This document shows, piece by piece, positions 28,466 to 41,389 of a stretch of DNA of 64,000 bases. The notes beneath the pieces were generated by a model. That model searched no databases. It was not told the origin of the DNA and saw only the letters and a list, made by a program, of their open reading frames with translations. Both the position numbers and the translations under genes were made by a program. Origin of the DNA: Octopus vulgaris (taxonomy: Eukaryota); contig OX597839.1 of assembly GCA_951406725.2 (NCBI GenBank), positions 13,764,001 through 13,828,000 on the forward strand, in the 5' to 3' direction. Numbering within the stretch: position 1 is the stretch's first letter; every line of letters begins with the position of its first letter.

Positions 28466-31330
28466 TACGCACAGATAGAAAAGGGAGGAGCCATGGTGGA
28501 GTTGCAATGTACATCCGAGATGACCTCACACCCCAGGTCCTGCTGTCATATTCAAACTCAGTATGTGAAACTCAAATTGTACACATAAGACAACTGAATA
28601 TCGTCATATGCACTACATATCGCCCACCAGATGCCCCAAAACACTCAGGCATGTTTGAAGATTGCCTAACAAAAATAGGAGAAGTCCTCACCAACCTTGA
28701 ACAACACAACAGTGTATTCTTCATGGGTGACTTTAACCTCCCCAATGTGGAATGGCCTGGGGGGCAGATGCTCCCAGGGATGACACACCATCAGCAGGCA
28801 CAGGTGGAGTCCCTGCTCCATCTCACAAATATGCCTCTTTCATGGAGCAAATAGTTCTGCAACCAACAAGGGCAGATAATATACTGGATCTCTGCTTCAC
28901 AAACAATATGGATATTATCCATAATGTTAATGTGATGCCGACAATGATCTCGGATCACAACATAATAGAGCTGTCTATGTATGGAACAAAAGCCCCCGTA
29001 GACACACAGCCTATACGAAGCATCCACCATCTCTCCAACTTAAACTTTCATAAAGCCAACTGGAAGTTGATTGAGAAAGAGATTCTCAAACAGGATTGGC
29101 CTGAATGTCTCTCCACACCGGACATAAACATGAAACACAAACACTTCATGTCCATAATACAAGCCATATGTGACAAATATGTCCCAGTGTGCAGGGCCAG
29201 CACACACAAGAACAAAAACAGGATCCCTAGAGAAAGGAGGATTCTTATGAGACGACGGACAAGGACTGCGAACCGCCTGAGCAAACACACCAAAAGTGGT
29301 GAGAAGTTTCGGCTCGAAAGAATGCTAATGGAAACTGAGAAAAGTCTACATCAGTCCCATGAAAAGGAGAGAGCAGATAAAGAAGCTTGGGTAATAGAAA
29401 ATATAAAATCAAACCCTAAAGCTTTCTTTAAGTTTGCCAAAGAGACAGCCACAGTGCACCAGAGAATAGGACCTCTCTTCCAAAAAGATGGCTCTCTCAC
29501 AGGAAATCCAACGAGGATAAGTGAAATACTGAACGAACAGTTCCAAAGTGTGTTCACTACACCTTTAGGACACAGGCAAGTAAACAACCCAGAAGAATTC
29601 TTTGCCACTTTACCTGCGGCCAAAGAGGCAAAAATTGAGTACATCAACATCGAAGATGATGATATCACACTAGCCATAGATGAGATTGACATAAACTCAG
29701 CGGCTGGACCTGATGAATTCCCAGCGATCCTTCTCAAATCGTGCAAACGAGCCCTTGCAAAACCGCTACAGCTTCTTTTTCAGAGCTTTCTTGCAAGTGG
29801 TAAGCTCCCAGTCAAATTGAAAGAGGGGGTAATATGCCCTATCCATGAGGGAGGTAGCAGAGCAGATGCTAAAAATTATAGGCCTATCTCTCTGACCTCA
29901 CAAATCAGCAAAGTCATGGAACGAATAGTCCGTAAGAAACTAATCATGCTCCTTGAAGAAAATGACTTGCTGTCTGACACCCAGCATGGATTTCGACCAG
30001 GTAGAGGCTGCCTAACACAGCTCCTGCAACACTATGACTGGGTGTTGAAACAGCTACTAAATGGCTTAAATGTGGATGTAATATATCTCGACTTTGCAAA
30101 AGCCTTTGATAAAGTCGACCATGGTATGATCTGTCACAAACTGCGTGGTCTCGGCATAGGCGGAAAACTTGGAGAGTGGCTGCACAACTTCCTAAAAGAC
30201 AGAAAACAGGCAGTTGTGAGCAATGGAGCCACCTCCAAGGAAACGCAAATAGCAAGCGGTGTCCCACAGGGCACTGTCTTAGGGCCACTAATGTTCATAG
30301 TGGCCCTTTCAGACATGCCTTCAGTTGCTACGATGACCACCCTTGCTAGCTATGCAGATGACACAAAAGTCTCCCACGCAATACAAAACCCTGAAAATAT
30401 TGCGCATCTGCAACATGAACTGGACACAATATACAGGTGGTCTGAGGACAACAACATGCAGTTTAATGCAAGTAAGTTCCAGGCCCTGCGCTACTGGCAC
30501 ACAAAGGTAAACGACGTGAAGACTGGATACACTGGCCCAGGAAGAATTGCAATCCCTGAATCAAAATCAGTGCGTGACCTGGGCATTGACATGAGCAATG
30601 ATGCATCTTTCCAAGTGCATATTGCTAATCTGGTGATAAAATGCAGACGGCTAGCTGGATGGATTCTCCGAACTTTCAGAACAAGAGAGAAGGAGACACT
30701 GATGGTCCTATGGAAAACATTCGTCCTCAGCCGCTTGGACTACTGCTCCCAACTGTGGTCACCACACAATATAAAACTAACAGCAGAACTCGAAGCAATT
30801 CAGAGAAGCTACACAAAGAAAATCGTCTCAATGCAAAATATCAGCTACTGGGAAAGACTGAAGGTATTAAACCTCTTCTCCCTAGAGCGGAGGCGGGAGA
30901 GATATGCGGTGATATACATCTGGAAAATCCTGGAGGGTCTTGTCCCAAACTTTGGCATTCAAAGTTTCCCCAACCGCAGAACGGGGCGCCACTGCATGGT
31001 GCCAAGGATTCCAACATCACCATCAAAATACAGGTCCAGATACTGCAACAGCTTGGGTTTCAGAGGACCACAGCTCTTTAACATCCTCCCTAAATGCCTG
31101 AGAGACTTACATGGTGTGGATGTGGGTTTCTTTAAAACTAAACTGGATCTCTTCTTGTTGGGAGTCCCAGATGAACCTACCTCACGACAGGAGACGCGGA
31201 TGCGGGCAGCAGCATCGAACTCCCTTGTTGATCAAGTGCCACGTATCAGAGGTGGATTCACAAATTAGTGTAGCTCATTCAGCGGTGGTGCCCCAGCATG
31301 GCCGCGGCCTTCGGGCTAAAACATTTTTTT
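28466..31330 (+). mobile_element. 5'-truncated CR1/L2-group LINE (APE endonuclease + RT)
   Basis: APE motifs GGVAMY, YRPP, MGDFN, LDLCF, SDH; RT motifs NYRPISL, QHGFR, LDFAKAFD, GVPQGTVLGP, YADD; one frameshift near 28835; flanked by TA-rich repeats. Confidence 0.95.
28752..31268 (+). CDS. LINE ORF2 reverse transcriptase (open from ~28840 to the stop)
   Basis: 838-aa ORF with a complete RT domain; the N-terminal APE part lies in frame 28507-28854. Confidence 0.9.
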   Translation: MAWGADAPRDDTPSAGTGGVPAPSHKYASFMEQIVLQPTRADNILDLCFTNNMDIIHNVNVMPTMISDHNIIELSMYGTKAPVDTQPIRSIHHLSNLNFHKANWKLIEKEILKQDWPECLSTPDINMKHKHFMSIIQAICDKYVPVCRASTHKNKNRIPRERRILMRRRTRTANRLSKHTKSGEKFRLERMLMETEKSLHQSHEKERADKEAWVIENIKSNPKAFFKFAKETATVHQRIGPLFQKDGSLTGNPTRISEILNEQFQSVFTTPLGHRQVNNPEEFFATLPAAKEAKIEYINIEDDDITLAIDEIDINSAAGPDEFPAILLKSCKRALAKPLQLLFQSFLASGKLPVKLKEGVICPIHEGGSRADAKNYRPISLTSQISKVMERIVRKKLIMLLEENDLLSDTQHGFRPGRGCLTQLLQHYDWVLKQLLNGLNVDVIYLDFAKAFDKVDHGMICHKLRGLGIGGKLGEWLHNFLKDRKQAVVSNGATSKETQIASGVPQGTVLGPLMFIVALSDMPSVATMTTLASYADDTKVSHAIQNPENIAHLQHELDTIYRWSEDNNMQFNASKFQALRYWHTKVNDVKTGYTGPGRIAIPESKSVRDLGIDMSNDASFQVHIANLVIKCRRLAGWILRTFRTREKETLMVLWKTFVLSRLDYCSQLWSPHNIKLTAELEAIQRSYTKKIVSMQNISYWERLKVLNLFSLERRRERYAVIYIWKILEGLVPNFGIQSFPNRRTGRHCMVPRIPTSPSKYRSRYCNSLGFRGPQLFNILPKCLRDLHGVDVGFFKTKLDLFLLGVPDEPTSRQETRMRAAASNSLVDQVPRIRGGFTN

Positions 31331-31624
31331 AAAGGATATATATAATATATATATATATATATACATACATATGTATATATATATATATTATATGTATATA
31401 TATAATATATATATATGTATACACACACATATATATACATATATATATATACATATATATACACATATATATAAATATATGTATATATATATTATATGTA
31501 TATATGATATATATATATATATGTATACATATAATATAATATATATATACATACATATGTATATATATATATTATATGTATATATATAATATATATATGT
31601 ATACACACACACACACACACACAC

Positions 31625-31675
<51 letters not shown>

Positions 31676-32211
31676 CGTATATATTATGTGAGTGTATGTA
31701 TGTATGCATATGTGTGTGTATATGTATTTATGATACATATGTACGAAGACAAATATAGGATTACACTCATAAAACAGCCATACAATATTATCGTGGGTGG
31801 AAGAATGATTGACGGCAGGGATATATATATATATATATATATAATTATATACATACTTATACATACAAAAAGTTAGCTATCGTTAGAGAGAGAGAGGGAG
31901 AGAGAGAGAGACAGAGAGAGACAGAGAGACAGAGACAGAGACAGAGAGACTTAGAGATGGTTGAAGGTGGAGGAAGAACCGAGTGAAAGCAAATCTCGGC
32001 CCCCTATTGTTCTCATTTAACATCGCAGAGTGGATTCCCATAAATGTAAGGGTCCCGTTTGTACTGGCGGTGGAGGTGGGGGGCGGATGGGGGGGGGGGG
32101 CTTGCCTCAGTATCTCCCACACCTCCGCCTTCGCCCCTTCGAAGCAGATGACGCAACTGCTGAGACCGTATTGCATCAGCTGGAATGTCGCAAAGTAATT
32201 AATTAAACAAT

Positions 32212-32535
32212 GTACTTTAGCGATGATCCGGTTACCATGGAGATTGTGGATTTCACCTACTTTAACGATGATCCAGTTGCCATGGTAATTATCGATTTTT
32301 ACGTATTTTTTCGGCGATCCAGTTATCATAGAGATTGAAGATTTCAAAGACGCAGGAGTGGCTGTGTCTTAAGTCGCTTGCTTACCAACCACACAGCTCC
32401 GGGTTCAGTCCCACCGCGTGGCATCTAGGGCAAATGTCTTCTACTATAGCCTCGGGCCGACCAAAGCCTTGTGAGTGGATTTGGTAGACGGAAACTGAAA
32501 GAAGCCAGTCGTATATATATATACAATATATATAC

Positions 32536-32581
<46 letters not shown>

Positions 32582-33280
32582 GTGTCTGTGTTTGTTCCCC
32601 CAACATCACTTGACAACTGATGTTGGTGTATTTACGTTCCCGTAACTTAGCAGTTCGGCAAAAGAAGACCGATAGAATAAGTACTGGGCTTACAAAGAAT
32701 AAGTCCTGGGTGTCGATTTGCTCGATAAAGGGGTGCTCCAGCATGGCCACAGTCAAATGACTGAAACAAGTAAAAGAGTAAAGTGTAAAAGAGTATACTG
32801 TAACGATGATCTATTTTTCACGGAAATTATCGGTTTCATGTACTTTAACAATGAATTTGTTACCATGGTGATTGCGGATTTCACGAACTTTAAGAATGAT
32901 CCAATTACCATGGTGATTACGGATTCTCGTACTTTAACGATGATACTGTTACCATGTGGATTATAGACTTCACGCACTTTAACGATGATTTGCTTTTCAT
33001 GGAAATTATTGATTTCGTGTACTTTAACAATGAATTTGTTACCATGGTGATTGCGAATTTCACGAACTTTAAGAATGATCCAATTACCATGGTGATTACG
33101 GATTCTCGTACGATGATCCTGTTACATAGAGATTAAAGATTTCACGCACTTTAACGATGATCTATTTTTCACGGATATTATCGATTTTATGTACTTTAAA
33201 ATGATCTCGTTGCCATGGTTATTGTGGATTTCACGTACTTTAACATTGATTCAGTTGCCATGGTCGTTATGGATTTCACT
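32212..33280 (+). repeat. 45-bp minisatellite interrupted by a SINE
   Basis: Unit like tactttaacgatgatccagttgccatggtaattatcgattttacg; ~3 units at 32212-32345 and ~11 at 32800-33280. Confidence 0.85.
32349..32792 (+). mobile_element. SINE family A
   Basis: Head gcaggagtggctgtgt..gggttcagtccc; tail gactgaaacaagtaaaagag. Confidence 0.9.
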
Positions 33281-33661
33281 CCCTCTCCTTAGCTGATGAT
33301 ATTTATGTTTAAACCCTAGATCAGACCAGATTAAGACCCGACCCATTGTAAAAATACAAAGGGTCTTGTCTGTCTGCATATCCCTTTATTTACCTATCTA
33401 CATTTATATCTACTTTATTACATCCTTTCAAATATAAAAAATTTAAACCTTTAAAACTTCTAAAACTTTTGTATCCGTGACCTTAAAAAAAATATATATA
33501 TAGGCGCATGTGTGGCTGTGTGGTAAGAAGCTTGCTTCCCAAATACATGATTCCGGGTTCAGTCGCACTGCGTGGCACAGTTGGAGAGTGTCTTCTACTA
33601 TAGTCTCGGGCCGATCAAAGCCTTGTGAGTGGATTTGGTAAACGGAAACCGAAAGACCGTC

Positions 33662-35971
33662 AGATATGATTTGATTTTGATTTGATTTTTCCAGTTTCCG
33701 CTCATGAGCTGTGGCCATGCTGGGGCACCGCCATTTGGTTTGCTACATGATTTTAACTCACGAATGCTTTTGGTGCATGAGAGAGTTCGATGCAGCTGCC
33801 CTCATCTGCACCACCAGCCGTGAAGTTGGTTCATCCGGGACACCTGACAGGAAGAGATCCAGTCCTACTTTAAAGACATCAGCATCTACACCATGCAGGT
33901 CCCTCAGGTTCTTCGGGAGGATATTGAAGAGCTGTGGGCCTCTGAAGCCCAGGCTATCACAGTATCTTGTCCTACATCTTGATGGCAGGTTTGGAGTCCT
34001 TGGTACCACGCAGTGGCGCCCGGTTCTGGCATTTGTGTAACTCTCGATGCCAAAGTTTGGGACAAGTCCTTCCAGGATCTTCCAGATGTATATTATAGCA
34101 TATCTTTCTCGCCTACGCTCCAAGGAATAGAGTTTTAATCTCTTGAGTCTTTCCCAGTAGCTGCACAGAGGCTATCTTCTTCGTGTAGCTTCGTTGGATC
34201 GCCTCAAGTTCTGTGATCAATTTGACACTGAATGGTGACCATAGCTGAGAGCAATAGTCAAAGTGGCTTAGGACAAGTGTCTTCCAGAGGACCATCATGG
34301 TTTCTTGTTCTCTTGTTCTAAAGGTTCTGAGAATCCATCCGGCCAGCCGTCTACATTTCATTGCCAGTTTAGCAACATGTACATGAAAGGTCGCGTCATC
34401 ACTCATGTGAATACCCAGGTCACGCACTGATTGTGCCTCTGGGATTGCAATCCCTCCGGGTCCAGTGTATTCATTGGGTATTGCATTCAGTTTTGCATGC
34501 TGATAGCATAAAGCTTGAAACTTTTCAGCATTGAACTGCATGCTATTCTTTTCAGCCCACTTGTATATTTTGTCCAGCTCACATTGCAGGTGCTTAGTGT
34601 CTTCAGGGTTCTGTATTGCCTGTGAAACTTTTGTATCATCTGCATAACTTGTGATCGTGGCTCTCTGCGTGGCTGAGGGCATGTCTGAAAGGGCCATTAT
34701 GAACAGTAGTGGTCCCAAAACAGTGCCCTGCGGAACACCGCTCACTATTCTTCAGAAAGTCATGAAGCCATTCTCCCAATTTTCCAACTACGCCAAGATC
34801 ACGCAGTTTGTGACATATCATTCCATGATCGACTTTATCAAAAGCCTTTGCAAAGTCGAGATATATCACTTCCATATTTGTGTGGTTGAGCAGTCGTTTC
34901 AGCACCCAGTTATAGTGTTGTAGGAGCTGAGTTAAGCAGCTTCTTCCTGGTCGGAAACCATGTTGGGTGTCAGGCAGCAAGTCATTTTCTTCAAGGAAGG
35001 TGATTAGTTTCCTTCTGACTATTCGTTCCATGACCTTGCTGATGTGTGAGGTCAGAGAGATAGGTCTGTAGTTCTTGGCCTCCGCTCTGCTACCTCCTTT
35101 TTGAATAGGGCATATTTTACCTTCCTTCAGTTTTCTTGGAAGTTTGCCAGTTGCAAGGAAGCTCTGAAAGAGAGACTGCAGTGGTCTTGCTAGGACTCTC
35201 TTACATACTTTTAGAAGGATTGCCGGGAATTCATCGGGGCCAGTAGCTGAGTTTGTTTTCATCTCATCTATAGCCTTTATTACATCGTCTTCCTTTATAT
35301 TGATGTAATCAATCATCGCCGCCTCTGACCCCATATCTGCAGTGGTGAAGAAGTCAGTTGGATTGCTGATTTGGAAATGCCCAAGGGGTGGGGTGAAAAC
35401 ACTCTTGAATTGCTCATTTAGTGTTTCACTTACCCTCATTGGATTTCCTGTGAGTGTGCCATCCCTTTCAAGGAGTGGCCCTATCCTACAGTGCACCGTA
35501 GCTGTTTCTTTGGCATACCTGTAGAAAGTTCTGGGGTTAGATTTTATGTTGTTTATAGCCCAGGCTTCTTTGTCTGCTCTTTCCTTTTCATGGGAGAGTT
35601 GCAGACCTTTTTCAACTTCCAACAGTTTCATTTTCAGGCGGGACTTTTCACTGCTTTCAATTTGTTTGTTTAGGCGATTTGAAATATTTGTACGCCGTCT
35701 CATTAGAATTTTCCTCTCTCTGGGGATTTTGTTCTTGTGTACAGTGGCCTTTCTCTCTGGGACACATTTGTAGCATATGGCTTGCATTACAGACATGAAT
35801 TGTTGAAGTTTCACGTCGATGTCTGGCGAGGAGAGACACTCAGGCCAGTTTTGTTTGAGGATCTCTTTCTCAATTTGTTTCCAGTTTGCCTTATGGAAGT
35901 TCAAGCTGGAAAGATTCTGAGGGTTTCTTGTAGGCTGCATGTCCATGCTTTCCTTTGGCCCGTACATGGTC

Positions 35972-35973
<2 letters not shown>
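33662..35973 (-). mobile_element. 5'-truncated CR1/L2-group LINE, a paralogous subfamily of 28466-31330, disrupted
   Basis: ORF pieces 34636-35970, 34113-34745 and 33758-34123 align with the first LINE's protein; short deletion near 34745, frameshift near 34160; (AAATC)n-type tail. Confidence 0.95.
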
Positions 35974-36054
<81 letters not shown>

Positions 36055-36627
36055 AACACACACACACGTTTGTATGTATGTATGCGTGTATGTATGTATG
36101 TATCTATGTGTGTGTCTGTGTGTATCCTTGTGTCTGTGTTTGTCCATCCGTCACCGCCTGACAACCGGTGTTGGTTTGTTTACGTCCCCGTAATTTAGCG
36201 GCTCAGCAAAGAAAGACAGATAGAATAGGTACTAGGCTTTAAAAAATATCCCGAGACCAATTTATACGAACAAAACCCTTCAAGACAGTGCTCTAGCATG
36301 GCCACAGTCAAATGACTGAAACAAGAAATTAAAAGAATCCGTAGCTGTGTGGTAAGAAGTTTGTTTCTCTATCACATGGTTCTGAGTTCAGTCCCACTGC
36401 ACGGCACCTTGGGCATGTGTCTTCTACTATAGTCTCGAGCCGACCAATGCCTTGTTGCCATAGTGATGTATTGTGTTTAGTAGATAGATCTTTGACTTGT
36501 TCCATCGCTCTCTTTTGCATGAACCGCCATGTTAAGAGGACATACCAACACCGATTGTCAAGCAGCAGTGGGAGACAAACACAAACAGAAAGACAGACAG
36601 ACACATACATACACACACGCTGAGTTG

Positions 36628-36960
36628 CTGAGACCCCTTCCGTCATGTCTGACCATAGGATTGCACCTAGAAAGTTATCCCCCCAGGCACAAGTCCGGGC
36701 AAGGTTGTTTATGGAAGACCAGCAGTCGCCCATGCATACCAGCTTTCCCTCTCCACGCCACCAGTGTTATCCAAGGGAAAGGCAAAGACCGCTACAGTTT
36801 GGCATCAGTGACGTTGCAACTCATTTCTACAGCTGAGTGAACTGGAGCAACGTGAAATAAAGTGTCTTGCTCAAGAACACAACACGCAGCCCGGTCCAGG
36901 ATTCGAGCTCACAACCTCACAATCGTAAGCTCAACGCTCTAACCACTGAGCCATGTGCCT
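36628..36960 (-). mobile_element. tRNA-headed SINE family D
   Basis: Head ggcacatggctcagtggttagagcg..ctcgaatcc; body gtgttcttgagcaagacactttatttcacgttgctccag shared with 55417-55738. Confidence 0.8.
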
Positions 36961-37714
36961 TCACACACACACACACGCACACACATATATATGTACAACG
37001 GGCTTCATTCAGTTTCCGTCTACCAAATCCATTCAGAAGGCTTTGGTCTGCCAGACGCTATAGTAGAAGACGCTTTCCCATGGTGCCACGCAGTGGGACT
37101 GAACCTGGAATCATGTGCTTGGGAAGGAAATTTCTTACCACATAGACACGCCAGCGCCATTTAAGAAGTTTCTGTACAGGAAATCTAAAATAACAAAAGC
37201 AACAACAAATGATGGCGATCTAGGTCCTAGAACGACATTAGGCTGCAACGCAAGCCTGATTCCTCTTTGTTACCAAGAGTGAGTCACGGAACTCAAATGC
37301 CTCGTTTTCAATCCACAACTGGCAAGGTCAAGGAGTGTCGCTCACAGCAATACCAAAAAAGAATTCGGTAATAAACAGTCAGAAAGTAACCTCCCGTAGC
37401 AGTACCACCGCACCCACCTATGAGGATCGGTACTAGATGGAGGCCATGCAACAGATGGCGGACATGCAAACTTCCTAAAAAGAATAAGAGGAAAAAAACA
37501 CGAAATGAAACCTAACGGAAAAAAAGTAAAGAAATAAAAGCTATAAATATGGCGAGGTGAGGTATACTTCCTGCGAAGAAGAAAACTGTCTCTGCTGACA
37601 AAGAACCTATACTTTATGAAGATCAACCAATGATCTGTGGGAGGAAACCAGCCTCCGTACAGAGTGAAATATTATGGAAAACAATAGATAAGAATGAAGA
37701 AAGCTCTAAAAGAC

Positions 37715-37863
37715 TCCTAAACCACGTTGTTCCGGGATCAGTTCCATTACGTGGCGTCTTGGGCAAGTGTCTTCTACTATAGCTCCAGGCCAACCAAAGC
37801 TTTGTAAATGGATTTGGTAGACGGAAAACTGAAAGAAGTCCGTCGTAAATATATATGTATGTG

Positions 37864-37949
<86 letters not shown>

Positions 37950-38200
37950 TGTATGTATGCATGTATGTATGCATGTGTGTATATATGTTTGCGTGTCTGT
38001 GTTTGTCCCCGCCAACATCGCTTGTTGTGTTTACGTTGTGTTTACGTACGCGTAACTTAGCGGTTCGGCAAAAGAAACCGATATAATAAGTACTAGCCTA
38101 ACAAAGAATAAGTCCTGGGGTCAATTTGCTTGACTAAAGGCGGTGCTCCAGCATGGCCACAGTCACATGACTGAATCAAATAAAAGAGTAACGAGTAAAG
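37715..38200 (+). mobile_element. SINE family A
   Basis: Body and tail match, with expanded internal (TA)n. Confidence 0.85.
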
Positions 38201-38395
38201 AGAGAATATATTTTTAAAATCGGCGAAGTCGTGAATCCGCGATAGTTGAACCGCGAAGTAGCGATGAACCACGGTACTCAACGGAGCGAAACGCTGCTGC
38301 AGCAACGCATTGTGGAGTACAGAGAGGAAGATGAGGCAAGCAAAATAACTTGGTATCCACCACATCCGTTTCCATTACTAGTAATGTTGCCACTG

Positions 38396-38698
38396 TTGTT
38401 TGCTCCTTCTCGAGCCATGTCTGGCTCATAAGGGCCGGTTTCCCTGTTTCCTTGGCGTATAGGTTCCCCACCTGGACGGGACGCCGGTTCGTCGCAGGTG
38501 AGCGGCAAGATGCAGGAGGAAAGAGTGAGAGAAAGTTGTGGCGAAAGAGTCAGCAGAAGTTTCGCCACTACAATCTGCCGGAGCCGCGTGGAGCTTAGGT
38601 GTTTCGCTCATAAACACACATCGCCGGGTCTGAGATTCGAACCTGCGCTCCCTCGACCGCAAGTCCGCTGCTCTAACCAGTAGGCCATGTGCCTCCAC
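38396..38698 (-). mobile_element. SINE family B, tail type 2
   Basis: tRNA head; 14-bp TSD taatgttgccactg/taattttgccactg. Confidence 0.88.
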
Positions 38699-39402
38699 TA
38701 ATTTTGCCACTGGATTGGAGATGGTCACAGACGAGAGACTGAACACGCAAGTCATCACCGCGCAAGTCGTCCGTCAACCAAGATGACCAGATGGGTTTTC
38801 GCGCTTCGGACGTGCAAGCATGAACGTTGTAAATGTGACGACCATGCGGTGCTCCTGTGCCAGGCACACCCTTTCAAACTCTGAGAGGTCTCCAGTTAAT
38901 AATGAAACTAGTGCAGTCCGTTTTCTGCTTATCTGCACCCAACAGCATGAAACAGAAAGAGAAAGCGAGAGTGGGAGAGAAGGAGGCCGAGGCGGCGCTT
39001 ATGGGTTGGGCCGTTCAGGTTTCATTGCTTGGATTTCAGGCATAAGAAATAAATATAAATGAAAAAAAAAATAACAAAAGAGTGATAAAGGAAGTGGCAT
39101 AGTTTTTGCCCTCTACTCCAACGTCTCGGAATCCTTTTGATAAATACAGAAGAAAATGTAAGGTGGAGGGATTTTGATTTGTGGTGGCTTCGGTCGATAA
39201 GCCGAGTCAAGAAACGAAAGTTTCCATCGTCACCAAGTTACTGTCAATCCTTTCACCGCCACCACCGCCGCCGCCAAGAACAACAATAACCGGTAAAAAC
39301 CACAGTCACTACTGCTGCTGCTGCTACTACTACTACTGCTACTACTAAAACCAACAGCTGCAGTACCACCGACCCTACCACCATTTAGTTGATTCGATGA
39401 CA

Positions 39403-40195
39403 AAGAGAAGAAAAAAGGAGAAAGAGGAGAAGAGGCGGAAGAAGAAGAAAAAGAAGAAGAAGAAGAAGGAAGAGAAGAAGAAGAAGAAGAAGAAGAAGAA
39501 GAAGGAAGAGAAGAAGAAGAAATAGAAGAAGAAGAAGAAGAAATAGAAGAAGAAGAAGAAGAAGAAGGAGGAGGAGGAGGAGGAAGAGAAGAAGAAGAAA
39601 TAGAAGAAGAAGAAGAAATAGAAGAAGAAGAAGAAATAGATATAAAAGAAGAAGAAGAAGAATAAGGAGAAGAAGAAGAAGAAGAAATAGAAGAAGAAGA
39701 AGAAGAAGAAGAAGAAGAAGAAATAGATATAAAAGAAGAAGAAGAAGAAGAAGAAGAAGAAGAAGAAGAAAAAATAGAAGAAGAAGAAGAAGAAGAAGAA
39801 GAAGAAGAAAAAATAGAAGAAGAAGAAGAAGAAGAAGAAGAAGAAGAAGAAGAAGAAGAAGAAGAAGAAGAATTAGAAGAAGAAGGAGAAGAAGGAGCAG
39901 AAGAAGAAGAAATAGATATAAAAGAAGGAAGAAGAAGAAGAAGAAATAGAAGAAGAAGAAGAAGAAGAAGAAGAAGAAGAAGAAGAAGAAGAAATAGAAG
40001 AAGAAGAAGAAGAAGGAGAAGAAGAAGAAGAAGAAGAAGAAGGAGAAGAATGAGAAGAAGAAGAAGAAGAAGAAGAAGAAGAAGAAGAAGAAGAAGAAGA
40101 AGAAGGAGAAGAATGAGAAGAAGAAGAAGAAGAAGAAGAAGAAGAAGAAGAAGAAGAAGAAGAAGAAGAAGAAGAAGAAGAAGAAGAAGAAGAAG

Positions 40196-40226
<31 letters not shown>

Positions 40227-40322
40227 GGAAGAAGAAGAAGTGGAAGAAGAAGAAGAAGAAGAAGAAGAAGAAGAAGAAGAAGAAGAAGAAGAAGAAGAAG
40301 AAGAAGAAGAAGAATAAGAAAA
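39403..40322 (+). repeat. ~900-bp (GAA)n polypurine tract
   Basis: Seen directly; the poly-Arg ORF 40050-40382 is an artefact. Confidence 0.97.
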
Positions 40323-40991
40323 AGACGGAAACTCTTCAGTTTGGTATACGTCAGAATATCGTCTGACTATTATAGTAAATAGCGGATTACAAATCTAATT
40401 TATCACAATTCATTAAGCGGTCGAGGTCAAGATCACGATATCGTTACGTGTTAATAAACCACCACCACCACCAGCACCACCACTTTTCTATGCTTTCACC
40501 TATCGCTTACCCTATACCGTTTCTCATTTTCTCACACTTCCACACCGTTTTTTTCTTTCTATTTAATATTGACTCAGTTTTGCTTTTGACAAACGACGGT
40601 CGAGAGATTGAACGGGCAATAACAATCAATGGTATAAAGCGGACGCAAACGATCTGATAAGAAAAGCGAGAGAAAAATCAGGTTGTGCAAATAGAGGCGA
40701 CTGTCAGATGACGTCATAATTACGGTTAATTGCTTCCCGCTTCAACACGTCCTTTGATTTTGTTTCTTATCTCAGATCGTGCCTGCGGTAAATGTTATTT
40801 CACACAAGTTATGTAACAACAGCAGCAGCAGCAGCCGTCCAAGAATTTGGACCTGGAGATCTCCATTTCCAGCGACTTTGAGGGCCACCTCCCAGTGGTG
40901 TCGGATGTCAACGAAGAGCTCTCGACTACAACAAGACGACCAAAGTTTTTTTTCCCCAAGATCTGGGGTCTCCCACCCCTAAGCCCTAGAC

Positions 40992-41192
40992 CAGTGCTTT
41001 TCAAACTTTTTGCTGAAGCGGAACCCCAAGGAAACATTCCACTGGCTCGAGGAACCCCTGCGCAATAATTTAATTGTCTTATACACACATATCTGCACAG
41101 GAGAATTAAAAATTACTGTCGATTTTAACATTTTTATAACTTCTTGCGGAACCCCTGGACTGTACTGGCGGAACCCTGGTTGAAAACCACTG
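40992..41192. mobile_element. hAT (Charlie-like) MITE
   Basis: TIR cagtgcttttcaa/ttgaaaaccactg; exact 8-bp TSD ccctagac. Confidence 0.92.
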
Positions 41193-41389
41193 CCCTAGAC
41201 CATCACCTAATCACCCTTACCCGTCTTGTTGCTTAACAACAGCAAAAACAACAATTATAATGGTCTCAGATTTTAACATAAGGCCAGCAATTTTGGGGTG
41301 GGGGATAGTCGGTTATATCGATCCAGTACTCAGCAGGGACTTATTTTATCGACCCCGAAAGGGATGGAGGCAAAGCCGACCTCAATAGT

